Shown here one piece after another: positions 37,306 through 47,433 of a stretch of 64,000 bases of DNA. This DNA is from Minutocellus sp. GHC0000111 (Eukaryota), in assembly GCA_977018835.1 (NCBI GenBank), contig OZ361256.1, forward strand, positions 124,001 through 188,000. The letters are read 5' to 3'. Made by a program: the position numbers and the translations under genes. The notes beneath the pieces were generated by a model. It ran no database searches. It was given only the letters and a program-made list of their open reading frames with translations, and was not told where the DNA came from. Position 1 is the first letter of the stretch. Every line of letters begins with the position of its first letter.

Positions 37306-38961
37306 CCGTTTTCATCTACGTAGGTCCTGTTAACCTCTACTAGCTATATCTATCTAGCTTAGCTTTAGGACCTCTTAGCAAGTGGCAACATCTTGATCTT
37401 TCGTCGCCGAGTAGCAGTGTGAAACCACTTTTCATCAAGACACGCTGCAGGAATGTTGGGATCGGTCGTGATGTCCTCCCACTTTTCGATCCAATCAAGT
37501 CGCTTCCTACAATGTTCGGGGGTGAGCCTCGGCTTCTCGATCGACGACTTCTCCTTGCCGCCTTGCTTTTTCCACCAGCGAAAAAGCTGAAGACGATGGA
37601 GACTAATTGTCAGCCTGTCTTCATCTGGAGCAGCTGATTTTGCGCTCATGCAGTCAGCTAGCTCCTTAAAGGTTGCCATCGCACCCTTCATCCGAGTAGC
37701 ATGCCGACACAGCTCGCGGAGACATCCTGGCTCCTTCTCCTCGATCATGTCCGTGTGTGCCTTCTTCCTTCCACGAACCTCCTTTCTGCCGATGGGATTG
37801 CTGATGCCATCAGCAAGGCTTTTGTAGAGCTGGTCTCTCCACTTGTAAAGCTGAGAGCCACCGGTTGACTTGGCATGACCGTGATCGTGCGCAACTTGCC
37901 GACACGCGGCAGTTGCAATTTGTTGCCGGTCTTCATGCGTGCGAGTTGGGTCGCCGTGTCCCCACCAATCCGCGAGAGCCACGGCGCTGAACCGCATTCT
38001 TTCATTCGCCTGCTTTTCTTTTCTGATTGGCATTGGTTCGGTGACGGTTGCATTGGGACGAGGAGGACGGAGCATGTCATCGTTGGCCATCCGAACAACA
38101 AAGTCGAGGCCGAGAGCGACCTTTACCTGTTCACCATTTTCATCTACGTAGGTCCTGTTAACCTCTACTAGCTATATCTATCTAGCTTAGCTTTAGGACC
38201 TCTTAGCAAGTGGCAACATCTTGATCTTTCGTCGCCGAGTAGCAGTGTGAAACCACTTTTCATCAAGACACGCTGCAGGAATGTTGGGATCGGTCGTGAT
38301 GTCCTCCCACTTTTCGATCCAATCAAGTCGCTTCCTACAATGTTCGGGGGTGAGCCTCGGCTTCTCGATCGACGACTTCTCCTTGCCGCCTTGCTTTTTC
38401 CACCAGCGAAAAAGCTGAAGACGATGGAGACTAATTGTCAGCCTGTCTTCATCTGGAGCAGCTGATTTTGCGCTCATGCAGTCAGCTAGCTCCTTAAAGG
38501 TTGCCATCGCACCCTTCATCCGAGTAGCATGCCGACACAGCTCGCGGAGACATCCTGGCTCCTTCTCCTCGATCATGTCCGTGTGTGCCTTCTTCCTTCC
38601 ACGAACCTCCTTTCTGCCGATGGGATTGCTGATGCCATCAGCAAGGCTTTTGTAGAGCTGGTCTCTCCACTTGTAAAGCTGAGAGCCACCGGTTGACTTG
38701 GCATGACCGTGATCGTGCGCAACTTGCCGACACGCGGCAGTTGCAATTTGTTGCCGGTCTTCATGCGTGCGAGTTGGGTCGCCGTGTCCCCACCAATCCG
38801 CGAGAGCCACGGCGCTGAACCGCATTCTTTCATTCGCCTGCTTTTCTTTTCTGATTGGCATTGGTTCGGTGACGGTTGCATTGGGACGAGGAGGACGGAG
38901 CATGTCATCGTTGGCCATCCGAACAACAAAGTCGAGGCCGAGAGCGACCTTTACCTGTTCA
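37306..38961. repeat. Tandem duplication, 828-bp unit (LTR end + transposase fragment)
   Basis: ORF ends at 37365 and 38193 differ by 828; junction CTGTTCA|CCATTTTCATC at 38133/38134; second LTR end at 38208. Confidence 0.93.
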
Positions 38962-39881
38962 TCAATGTCACTGGAGGTGGCACAGACAACGGAAGTATCG
39001 GCTCCTCCTAAACCTTCATCATTGGGGGAGGCTGCAGCTGCTTCAGTGGCGGAAGTGTCACCAGTTCCCTTCAGCATGCTGAGGAGACTTGCTGGCATCC
39101 AACCCAGTTTCTTGGCCTCGTCGACTAGTGATTTTGCTCTTGCTTCGCAATGCGCTGACTGCACCTCCTTTCTGTGAGCTGACAACCTCTCACCTAGCTT
39201 AGTAGCTAAGACAGTCGAGCGCCCAGAGAACAGAACTTCATCGGGATTTCTTTTCTCGTGCACCTTCTGTCCCTCCGGTCCAGAGAATTTCGGGTGGTTG
39301 TCCTCCTTCTTTTTACGCAACCTGTGAGCACAAACACAAAGCGCCCTGCGTCTTGTCTTCCCTCTCGGCCGACACGTCGACAAGTAAGTGCAACTTCAAA
39401 CTACAATGCTCCTTGAGATGTTGCTGCACATCCTTCCATTTTTCCTCGTTGCACTGTAGCTCATGCTTTCCTCCACCGACGGACTTGGAACGCAACAAGT
39501 CGGCCTCGATGAAAGCAGGGAGGACGTCTTCCCATTTCTGCCGAGAACCAACACAAATGTCACCTTTGCCGCAGGAATCGGGGGTTACTCTCCACCACAG
39601 ATCCTTACGAGCCCTTCGAATGACATCTGCTGCAAGGAGAAAGGCCATGGGGATAGGAGGAGGGGCCGTCCTCTTCTTCGCCGACGACGGTGACGGTTTG
39701 GCGGGGGCGAATTTGACCGTGGCCGCTTCTTCGACGTGTTTGCGCTCGGCGATGGTGTTTTCGGCTCAGCTGCCGCCTTTGCCGCCTTCCTGGATGCCTT
39801 GGTGTTGCCTCTCTTGCTCCCTGAGAACGAAGTTCTGCTGCGTTTGTATTTTTTGGGCGTGGTCTGGTTGGTCGTCGTCAT
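38209..39881 (-). pseudogene. DD39D transposase, N-terminal half (frameshifted)
   Basis: Overlapping ORFs 39585..39935, 39313..39648 and 38193..39383 lead to KPRLT..H...RL.W and LDEKWF. Confidence 0.75.
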
Positions 39882-40168
39882 CGTCACAAAACTTGCGGGT
39901 TGCGGTGAGGGTGTGCGGGGGACCAAAAAATACATGTGTTCCTGCCAGAATCTACTGGACCTGCGAATTCAGTGGATACTACTGGTCGGTGGCAACCTAC
40001 TGAATGAGCAGGTCCAGTAGATATCCACGAGTTGAGGAGTGTTTGCGTTCCTCCCGAAGAGAACATCGACTAACAAAACACGTGGTGGGAAATGAGAAAT
40101 GGGTGCAAGAATGACCTTTTTTAGGGGTTATTGGTATACCCTCTACAAATCCTCTGAAACCGAAAGGT

Positions 40169-41490
40169 ATGATGGACAGGCGCGTTCTCAGCGATGCCGT
40201 GGCTACAATCCAGCGCCTCGTCCGCCGTCGAGACAACCACGCCATATTTGTGCCGACACTCGCCATCATCTTCTTTCTCACCATTGTCCTTTCCAAGCTC
40301 GATCATTCCCCGTACGACTACGGCCTCGCCGCCTTCCGTTCCTTGGTTTCGTCCACCCTCATTTTGTCGAATGATCAGTATCTGACACCTCCCCCTCCTC
40401 CCAAGATGTTGTCGTTGGCCGAAACCATATCAATGTGCTACCCGCTGACCGACGAGGAGCAGTACGAGCAGCAGATCAAGATGCTGGCATCGTACGAGAC
40501 CAGCGAGAAGCAATATCCGCAGATGGCATCCGACGTGCGAGATCTGGCCTCGTTGAATCCTCGCCATACTGGTATTTTGCATTATTTGTCCACCCGCGTC
40601 TTGCGCCCTCAGTGGTCCATTCTGGACTTGGGTTGTGGCACTGGGGATGTCCTGCAAGAAATTCAGGACTACTACCTTCGCCTTCAGCAGCAGCACGATG
40701 AAGGAATGGTTGCAAAGCCCAGTGAAGAGATTGAATTGATGACATCGTCGGTATCTCTTCGTGGACAAGTATTTGTAGGCGTTGAGATTGTGGAAAATTA
40801 CATCCAAGAAGCAGAGTTGGTATTGAAGCCTAGAGGCATCGACATGTTTCAAGGTGAGTTGAGAGATTGTTGCATATTATTGCCATAATTGCATGCCATT
40901 CCTCTGACTTCTTATACATTTACTCTTTCTATCCCTCATCTTTTTCAGGCGACATAACCGACTTCGACCTTCCTGAACCCTATGAAGGCGCTACGTTTGA
41001 TTTCATCATGCTAAATGATGTTGTCGAGCACATCCAGCGCGGCCGATTTGGCTGCCTGTTCCTCAAGTTACAAGCGCTAACCCATGCAGGGTCTCTCGTT
41101 TACATGCACACACCCACCCCCGAGGCTCAGCTGTATAGACATTCTTTTCCAAGCACCATTACTCCGATAGCTGTCGATGCTGATTCCGATTCCCACGCCG
41201 ATGCCGGTGACAAGAATGACAACGAAGAAGGGAAGGACCGTAGCAGACTTCTCACCGAGAGGTCAAATGTTCTGCCCCACCACTTCATCTTTACAGGCAT
41301 GGCCATGGCAGGGTTTGAGCTGGTGGAGATGGAGATGGACACGCAAACCAATTGTGGTGGCCGAGTTTACAACTTAAACAGAATGCCTCAATCGTTTGAT
41401 ATGTCGGCATGCAATGTCGGCGGATATACCAAATACGCCCACATGGTATTTCGAAGAGCGTTAGATGAAAAGGTATTTGAAATGGACTGA
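40169..41490 (+). CDS. Membrane-anchored class I SAM-dependent methyltransferase, intron 40854..40948
   Basis: N-terminal TM; ILDLGCGTG, GVEI, FDFIMLNDVVEHI. The GTGAGT...TTTCAG intron gives FQGDITDF. Confidence 0.85.
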
Positions 41491-41620
41491 ATTTCTATCG
41501 CATTGGCTAATAACGGGTGTACATTCTTAATAGAGCATCAATCAAAATACTGAAACTAAAAATAATAAAACCATTGTTTCTTTGGCTGCAACAACTCGCG
41601 CGCTCTCTCTCTCTCTCTCT

Positions 41621-43150
41621 CTACCGACTGCAAATTGTTCCATCGAACACTGGCCTGACAAACCTTACCATATGTTCCACTTCCATGCTGCCAACGAAAT
41701 CAGGGTCAAGTACACTGACGCTGAGGGACATGGCGTGTTGAAACTTTAGCTCGGTCAGCTCCTCGGGTGGAACTCTGCGAAGAAGATTGGTGAAGCCATC
41801 GTCACCCATGGCTCTTCGTGCCGGATTATGCTCGTTGAAAAGATCCAGAATAGTATTCCGTCGGTGGCAGGCGCGAAGGTTGTTCACCATGCGCGCCCAA
41901 ACATTTCGGTAGGGGATGGCCTCAAGGAACGAGTCATCCCATGGGACTTGGTAAGACGCAACGATTGATTGGACTTCGTCTAAGTTCAGCATTTCTCCTC
42001 CGCGAAAGGCGTCGATGAAGAGTCTGCGATCATCACCATTGTCGCCCGAACAAGGCGTGCCAAGTATAAAATGACCAGGTAGGCCCACCGGATCAAGTAC
42101 TACGCCCAGAGCTCGTCGAACAACCGCGGCGTAGATGATGGACAGGGTGATGGGTATGCCCAACTTCTGATTGAGGACCTGATCAAGCAGACTGTTTTTG
42201 TAAGAGTAGTAATCCTCTGCATTGCCGCCCAATCCGTTTGTGTCCTCACCGCCGGTACCACGAAAGATGTGCTGCATCTCTTCCAATATGGCCCGATGAG
42301 AGAATTGGTGGTCCTCCTCGGAATGGACGAGGGAGATGAATTCCTGACCATCCTCGTCGGTCACGGCATGTCGAGTCAGGGCATCGGGTTCCGACATGTT
42401 TTCAAAGCGAGCCAACAGACGTACACACAATCTATGGGCCAACCCATTGAGAGACGAATCGATTGTCTTCTCCAAATGATCGATTCTACCACCTGAAAAG
42501 GCGTCGACGACCCGTTCCGTGCCGACGTAGAATCGCGCCAGTAGCTTGGCCCCATCCTCGATGTGGATGGTGGCTGCCGACGATGACCTTCCTCCTTGCT
42601 CCTCGGAAACTACAAGCCCCTTCCATCTCGAGATCACATCTATCCGATTAATAGCCACGATTGCCGATCGGGCCACATCTCGTTCAAAGTCGTCCACCGG
42701 TCCCAAATCGAGAGCAAACTCCTCCTCCTCACTTGGGTTGTTGTCCGAGGAACGACTGCCATACGACGCAAAGGTGTACAGCCGATTGAATATGTCGAGT
42801 CTGCCCTCAACTATGAGGTACTGCCAGACCGGATCCTTGGAGGCCGACACTCCATGACGAGGCGATCGGAGCTTCTTCCGGACGGTGGCATCGAGGAGAT
42901 GCCGGCGCTTGTAGGCATCGTACCACTTTTCGTCGTCTGCTGCTGCTGGGGGCGCCGACTTGGAGGTCTTCCAGCGGCTGAGATACCGCGCCTTCCAGAA
43001 CAGTACGTCGAGGGATTTGTTTGTGCTCGAAAAGGCTACTCGACAGGACTTGGAGCACGCGGACAATCGCAGCAACGATCGGACGGGGAGGAACGGCACG
43101 AACTGCCGTTCGAGCAAGTCGGTTGGAAGGGCATGAGTGCCGAACTGCAT
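41621..43150 (-). CDS. F-box + transglutaminase-like (SirB1/FBXO21-type) protein, copy 1
   Basis: LPTDLL....PFL....LLRLSACSK F-box; GNAEDYY...NSLL..VL..KLGIPITLS..Y and GLPGHF...FIDAF.GG. Confidence 0.85.
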   Translation of the reverse strand: MQFGTHALPTDLLERQFVPFLPVRSLLRLSACSKSCRVAFSSTNKSLDVLFWKARYLSRWKTSKSAPPAAADDEKWYDAYKRRHLLDATVRKKLRSPRHGVSASKDPVWQYLIVEGRLDIFNRLYTFASYGSRSSDNNPSEEEEFALDLGPVDDFERDVARSAIVAINRIDVISRWKGLVVSEEQGGRSSSAATIHIEDGAKLLARFYVGTERVVDAFSGGRIDHLEKTIDSSLNGLAHRLCVRLLARFENMSEPDALTRHAVTDEDGQEFISLVHSEEDHQFSHRAILEEMQHIFRGTGGEDTNGLGGNAEDYYSYKNSLLDQVLNQKLGIPITLSIIYAAVVRRALGVVLDPVGLPGHFILGTPCSGDNGDDRRLFIDAFRGGEMLNLDEVQSIVASYQVPWDDSFLEAIPYRNVWARMVNNLRACHRRNTILDLFNEHNPARRAMGDDGFTNLLRRVPPEELTELKFQHAMSLSVSVLDPDFVGSMEVEHMVRFVRPVFDGTICSR

Positions 43151-43613
43151 GTTTGCGCTGTTTGCGTTAGTCAGATATGCTTCTTTGTCCGTCGAAATGG
43201 AAATTGAATCAGATCCAGCTGCTTTTCAAGGCAGAGAACAGTGCGCAAGCTAACTAGAGCTGGGCCTTGGCTCTGATAAGGATACTACGCTACATGTAGC
43301 TCGAGTCTAACACGAGGCAGAGCGAGCATGGATCGGCCATGGCCTGCTGATTCACCCTGCCGCCACTCGAAACTCTAAACTGAGGTGGTTAGCGGGACCA
43401 GTTATTGCGGGACCATAGTTATTACAGCTGTAGGAGGGAAAAGCTCTCCTACTTGGTAGACGCGCAGCCAAAAGACGCGCAGCCAAACGCACAAACGCAC
43501 TGTCCACGGACGAGATTCGTCCTCGGCAGTCAGAGGGTGCGCCACCACAAACCAAGATGCACAAATGCGCGGCGCAAAGAGGCTCGGCACAAACTTGACA
43601 CGACATAAAAATC

Positions 43614-44019
43614 TGCAGGGTCTCTCGTTTACATGCACACACCCACCCCCGAGGCTCAGCTGTATAGACATTCTTTTCCAAGCACCATTACTCCGATAGC
43701 TGTCGATGCTGATTCCGATTCCCACGCCGATGCCGGTGACAAGAATGACAACGAAGAAGGGAAGGACCGTAGCAGACTTCTCACCGAGAGGTCAAATGTT
43801 CTGCCCCACCACTTCATCTTTACAGGCATGGCCATGGCAGGGTTTGAGCTGGTGGAGATGGAGATGGACACGCAAACCAATTGTGGTGGCCGAGTTTACA
43901 ACTTAAACAGAATGCCTCAATCGTTTGATATGTCGGCATGCAATGTCGGCGGATATACCAAATACGCCCACATGGTATTTCGAAGAGCGTTAGATGAAAA
44001 GGTATTTGAAATGGACTGA
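43614..44019 (+). pseudogene. Duplicated 3' fragment of the methyltransferase gene
   Basis: Same sequence as 41085..41490; lacks the SAM-binding motif. Confidence 0.85.
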
Positions 44020-44149
44020 ATTTCTATCGCATTGGCTAATAACGGGTGTACATTCTTAATAGAGCATCAATCAAAATACTGAAACTAAAAATAATAAAAC
44101 CATTGTTTCTTTGGCTGCAACAACTCGCGCGCTCTCTCTCTCTCTCTCT

Positions 44150-45679
44150 CTACCGACTGCAAATTGTTCCATCGAACACTGGCCTGACAAACCTTACCAT
44201 ATGTTCCACTTCCATGCTGCCAACGAAATCAGGGTCAAGTACACTGACGCTGAGGGACATGGCGTGTTGAAACTTTAGCTCGGTCAGCTCCTCGGGTGGA
44301 ACTCTGCGAAGAAGATTGGTGAAGCCATCGTCACCCATGGCTCTTCGTGCCGGATTATGCTCGTTGAAAAGATCCAGAATAGTATTCCGTCGGTGGCAGG
44401 CGCGAAGGTTGTTCACCATGCGCGCCCAAACATTTCGGTAGGGGATGGCCTCAAGGAACGAGTCATCCCATGGGACTTGGTAAGACGCAACGATTGATTG
44501 GACTTCGTCTAAGTTCAGCATTTCTCCTCCGCGAAAGGCGTCGATGAAGAGTCTGCGATCATCACCATTGTCGCCCGAACAAGGCGTGCCAAGTATAAAA
44601 TGACCAGGTAGGCCCACCGGATCAAGTACTACGCCCAGAGCTCGTCGAACAACCGCGGCGTAGATGATGGACAGGGTGATGGGTATGCCCAACTTCTGAT
44701 TGAGGACCTGATCAAGCAGACTGTTTTTGTAAGAGTAGTAATCCTCTGCATTGCCGCCCAATCCGTTTGTGTCCTCACCGCCGGTACCACGAAAGATGTG
44801 CTGCATCTCTTCCAATATGGCCCGATGAGAGAATTGGTGGTCCTCCTCGGAATGGACGAGGGAGATGAATTCCTGACCATCCTCGTCGGTCACGGCATGT
44901 CGAGTCAGGGCATCGGGTTCCGACATGTTTTCAAAGCGAGCCAACAGACGTACACACAATCTATGGGCCAACCCATTGAGAGACGAATCGATTGTCTTCT
45001 CCAAATGATCGATTCTACCACCTGAAAAGGCGTCGACGACCCGTTCCGTGCCGACGTAGAATCGCGCCAGTAGCTTGGCCCCATCCTCGATGTGGATGGT
45101 GGCTGCCGACGATGACCTTCCTCCTTGCTCCTCGGAAACTACAAGCCCCTTCCATCTCGAGATCACATCTATCCGATTAATAGCCACGATTGCCGATCGG
45201 GCCACATCTCGTTCAAAGTCGTCCACCGGTCCCAAATCGAGAGCAAACTCCTCCTCCTCACTTGGGTTGTTGTCCGAGGAACGACTGCCATACGACGCAA
45301 AGGTGTACAGCCGATTGAATATGTCGAGTCTGCCCTCAACTATGAGGTACTGCCAGACCGGATCCTTGGAGGCCGACACTCCATGACGAGGCGATCGGAG
45401 CTTCTTCCGGACGGTGGCATCGAGGAGATGCCGGCGCTTGTAGGCATCGTACCACTTTTCGTCGTCTGCTGCTGCTGGGGGCGCCGACTTGGAGGTCTTC
45501 CAGCGGCTGAGATACCGCGCCTTCCAGAACAGTACGTCGAGGGATTTGTTTGTGCTCGAAAAGGCTACTCGACAGGACTTGGAGCACGCGGACAATCGCA
45601 GCAACGATCGGACGGGGAGGAACGGCACGAACTGCCGTTCGAGCAAGTCGGTTGGAAGGGCATGAGTGCCGAACTGCAT
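44150..45679 (-). CDS. F-box + transglutaminase-like (SirB1/FBXO21-type) protein, copy 2
   Basis: Translation identical to 41621..43150. Confidence 0.85.
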   Translation of the reverse strand: MQFGTHALPTDLLERQFVPFLPVRSLLRLSACSKSCRVAFSSTNKSLDVLFWKARYLSRWKTSKSAPPAAADDEKWYDAYKRRHLLDATVRKKLRSPRHGVSASKDPVWQYLIVEGRLDIFNRLYTFASYGSRSSDNNPSEEEEFALDLGPVDDFERDVARSAIVAINRIDVISRWKGLVVSEEQGGRSSSAATIHIEDGAKLLARFYVGTERVVDAFSGGRIDHLEKTIDSSLNGLAHRLCVRLLARFENMSEPDALTRHAVTDEDGQEFISLVHSEEDHQFSHRAILEEMQHIFRGTGGEDTNGLGGNAEDYYSYKNSLLDQVLNQKLGIPITLSIIYAAVVRRALGVVLDPVGLPGHFILGTPCSGDNGDDRRLFIDAFRGGEMLNLDEVQSIVASYQVPWDDSFLEAIPYRNVWARMVNNLRACHRRNTILDLFNEHNPARRAMGDDGFTNLLRRVPPEELTELKFQHAMSLSVSVLDPDFVGSMEVEHMVRFVRPVFDGTICSR

Positions 45680-46218
45680 GTTTGCGCTGTTTGCGTTAGT
45701 CAGATATGCTTCTTTGTCCGTCGAAATGGAAATTGAATCAGATCCAGCTGCTTTTCAAGGCAGAGAACAGTGCGCAAGCTAACTAGAGCTGGGCCTTGGC
45801 TCTGATAAGGATACTACGCTACATGTAGCTCGAGTCTAACACGAGGCAGAGCGAGCATGGATCGGCCATGGCCTGCTGATTCACCCTGCCGCCACTCGAA
45901 ACTCTAAACTGAGGTGGTTAGCGGGACCAGTTATTGCGGGACCATAGTTATTACAGCTGTAGGAGGGAAAAGCTCTCCTACTTGGTAGACGCGCAGCCAA
46001 AAGACGCGCAGCCAAACGCACAAACGCACTGTCCACGGACGAGATTCGTCCTCGGCAGTCAGAGGGTGCGCCACCACAAACCAAGATGCACAAATGCGCG
46101 GCGCAAAGAGGCTCGGCACAAACTTGACACGACATAAAAATCTGCCTCTCGGCCAAACTATTAGTGTATTATTTCCTTGCGCCTCAAGAGCCACCCAATC
46201 AGCAAAACAAACTTCGTC

Positions 46219-47081
46219 ATGAAACTTTCGACCAGCACCACCGCCGCCATCCTTGCCGTTCTCGCCTCCATTCAGGGCGCCGCCGCCGTCGACTTTGACT
46301 TCCGCGAGTTCGAGGTAAGTTTTTTTCAATTTTCTGTTGTGAAATCCCCATCGATATTCGGCATACACTGTGCGTTGTTCTGGTGCTTATCAGCTCGAAA
46401 CTGACGAGCGATTCTTTCCTCGTCATGCACGTATGTGCCTTGACTGACATCTGCTTCTGATCTTCGATGTAGGGTTGGTGGGAAAGTCCCGATGCTATTA
46501 CGTCCGTGACAACGGGAGGTACGGATACCTATGGGACAACTGCTGCCAACCTCAATGCTCTCTTCTCTTGCAAGGCCACCGGAGACTTTCGCAAGGCCAT
46601 CTGCGAGAGTACCTCCGTCATTCCGGACGAGGAGGTGTGCACCGTAGCAAACGATGTCAACGCCGGCCTGGTGTCGAGAAGCGGACATGTTACGGGTGTG
46701 CAGAAGTTCAAGTTCATGCTCGATCAGCTTGATGCCGATACCGGCGAAGTTGACGAGCTCATGTGCGATGTTCAGTGTTGTGGTTCAACTGGATGTTCCG
46801 ACTACCCCTGGGCTGTGCTGACTAATGCGTATAACCTTATTGCTGTAGCGGAAGGATATCCTCCACTTCTTGGCCCCGAAGCCGCCACTGCCTTTGGACC
46901 TCAGGTCAATACAAAGCTCGCGTTGCTTCCCGGCAAGAGCAACAACCACGTCAGAGCGATCCAGGTGACGCAAGCTCCTATGTACAGTGACTTTGCCCGA
47001 GGCATATTTCCGAGTGGACTCCAGCCGTTCGCTTACACTTTCCAGCTTCGCCGGGTCGCTGGTGGCTTCAAGGAGGAGTAG
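46219..47081 (+). CDS. Secreted hypothetical protein, intron 46315..46472
   Basis: Signal peptide MKLSTSTTAAILAVLASIQGAAA; GTAAGT...TGTAG intron joins in frame to GWWESPD and ORF 46506..47081. Confidence 0.8.
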
Positions 47082-47433
47082 GAGGAGATCTGCTGCAGTA
47101 TATTCCTTCGCTTTCTATAACACTGGGGCCTCTTTTTCGAAACCGAAGCATTTTTAATCTTTTTTTTTTTTTTTTCTCTTTGTTGGGGTATTTATCCTCC
47201 TGTCAATTTCAGCAACTCCCAAGTCAGTTGCTACATGCATTCACTTGATAACTCGTCGATGGGCAATGAGTTCGACACCGTAGTGAATACGGCACGTGTA
47301 GCGTAATACTGAAAGCGATATTTCTTTGAGTTCAAATATGTTATTTGTACGAATGTATGCTCATGCTTAGTGAATATATCGACTCTCGGCGGTCGATCAC
47401 TCGCTCGAGAGTCCAATCCACTACTATAATCTA

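Larger units (their letters stand above)
29647..37380 (+). mobile_element. Ty1/copia LTR retrotransposon (CoDi-like) with an internal 1737-bp tandem duplication
   Basis: 5' LTR 29647..29850 (204 bp) and 3' LTR 37186..37380 (195 bp); TSD AGTGG at 29642..29646 and 37381..37385; short purine tract GCGAGGG just before the 3' LTR. Confidence 0.95.
27837..40134 (-). mobile_element. Tc1/mariner DD39D-type DNA transposon interrupted by the copia element; termini approximate
   Basis: Transposase motifs LDEKWF (ORF 38193..39383), KVMHLGVVGRP...FNG (~29480-29560), and MDNAGGH...PRSPETNVLD with 39 residues between the second and third Asp (ORF 28456..29262). Removing the retrotransposon and one TSD restores KMLPLSDEE. 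Confidence 0.85.
41085..46145. repeat. Tandem duplication, 2529-bp unit, TGC microhomology at 41085, 43614 and 46143
   Basis: Identical ORF sets offset by 2529. Confidence 0.95.

Noticed and set aside
41601..41622. (CT)n tract
   Set aside because: Ordinary microsatellite at a gene 3' end.
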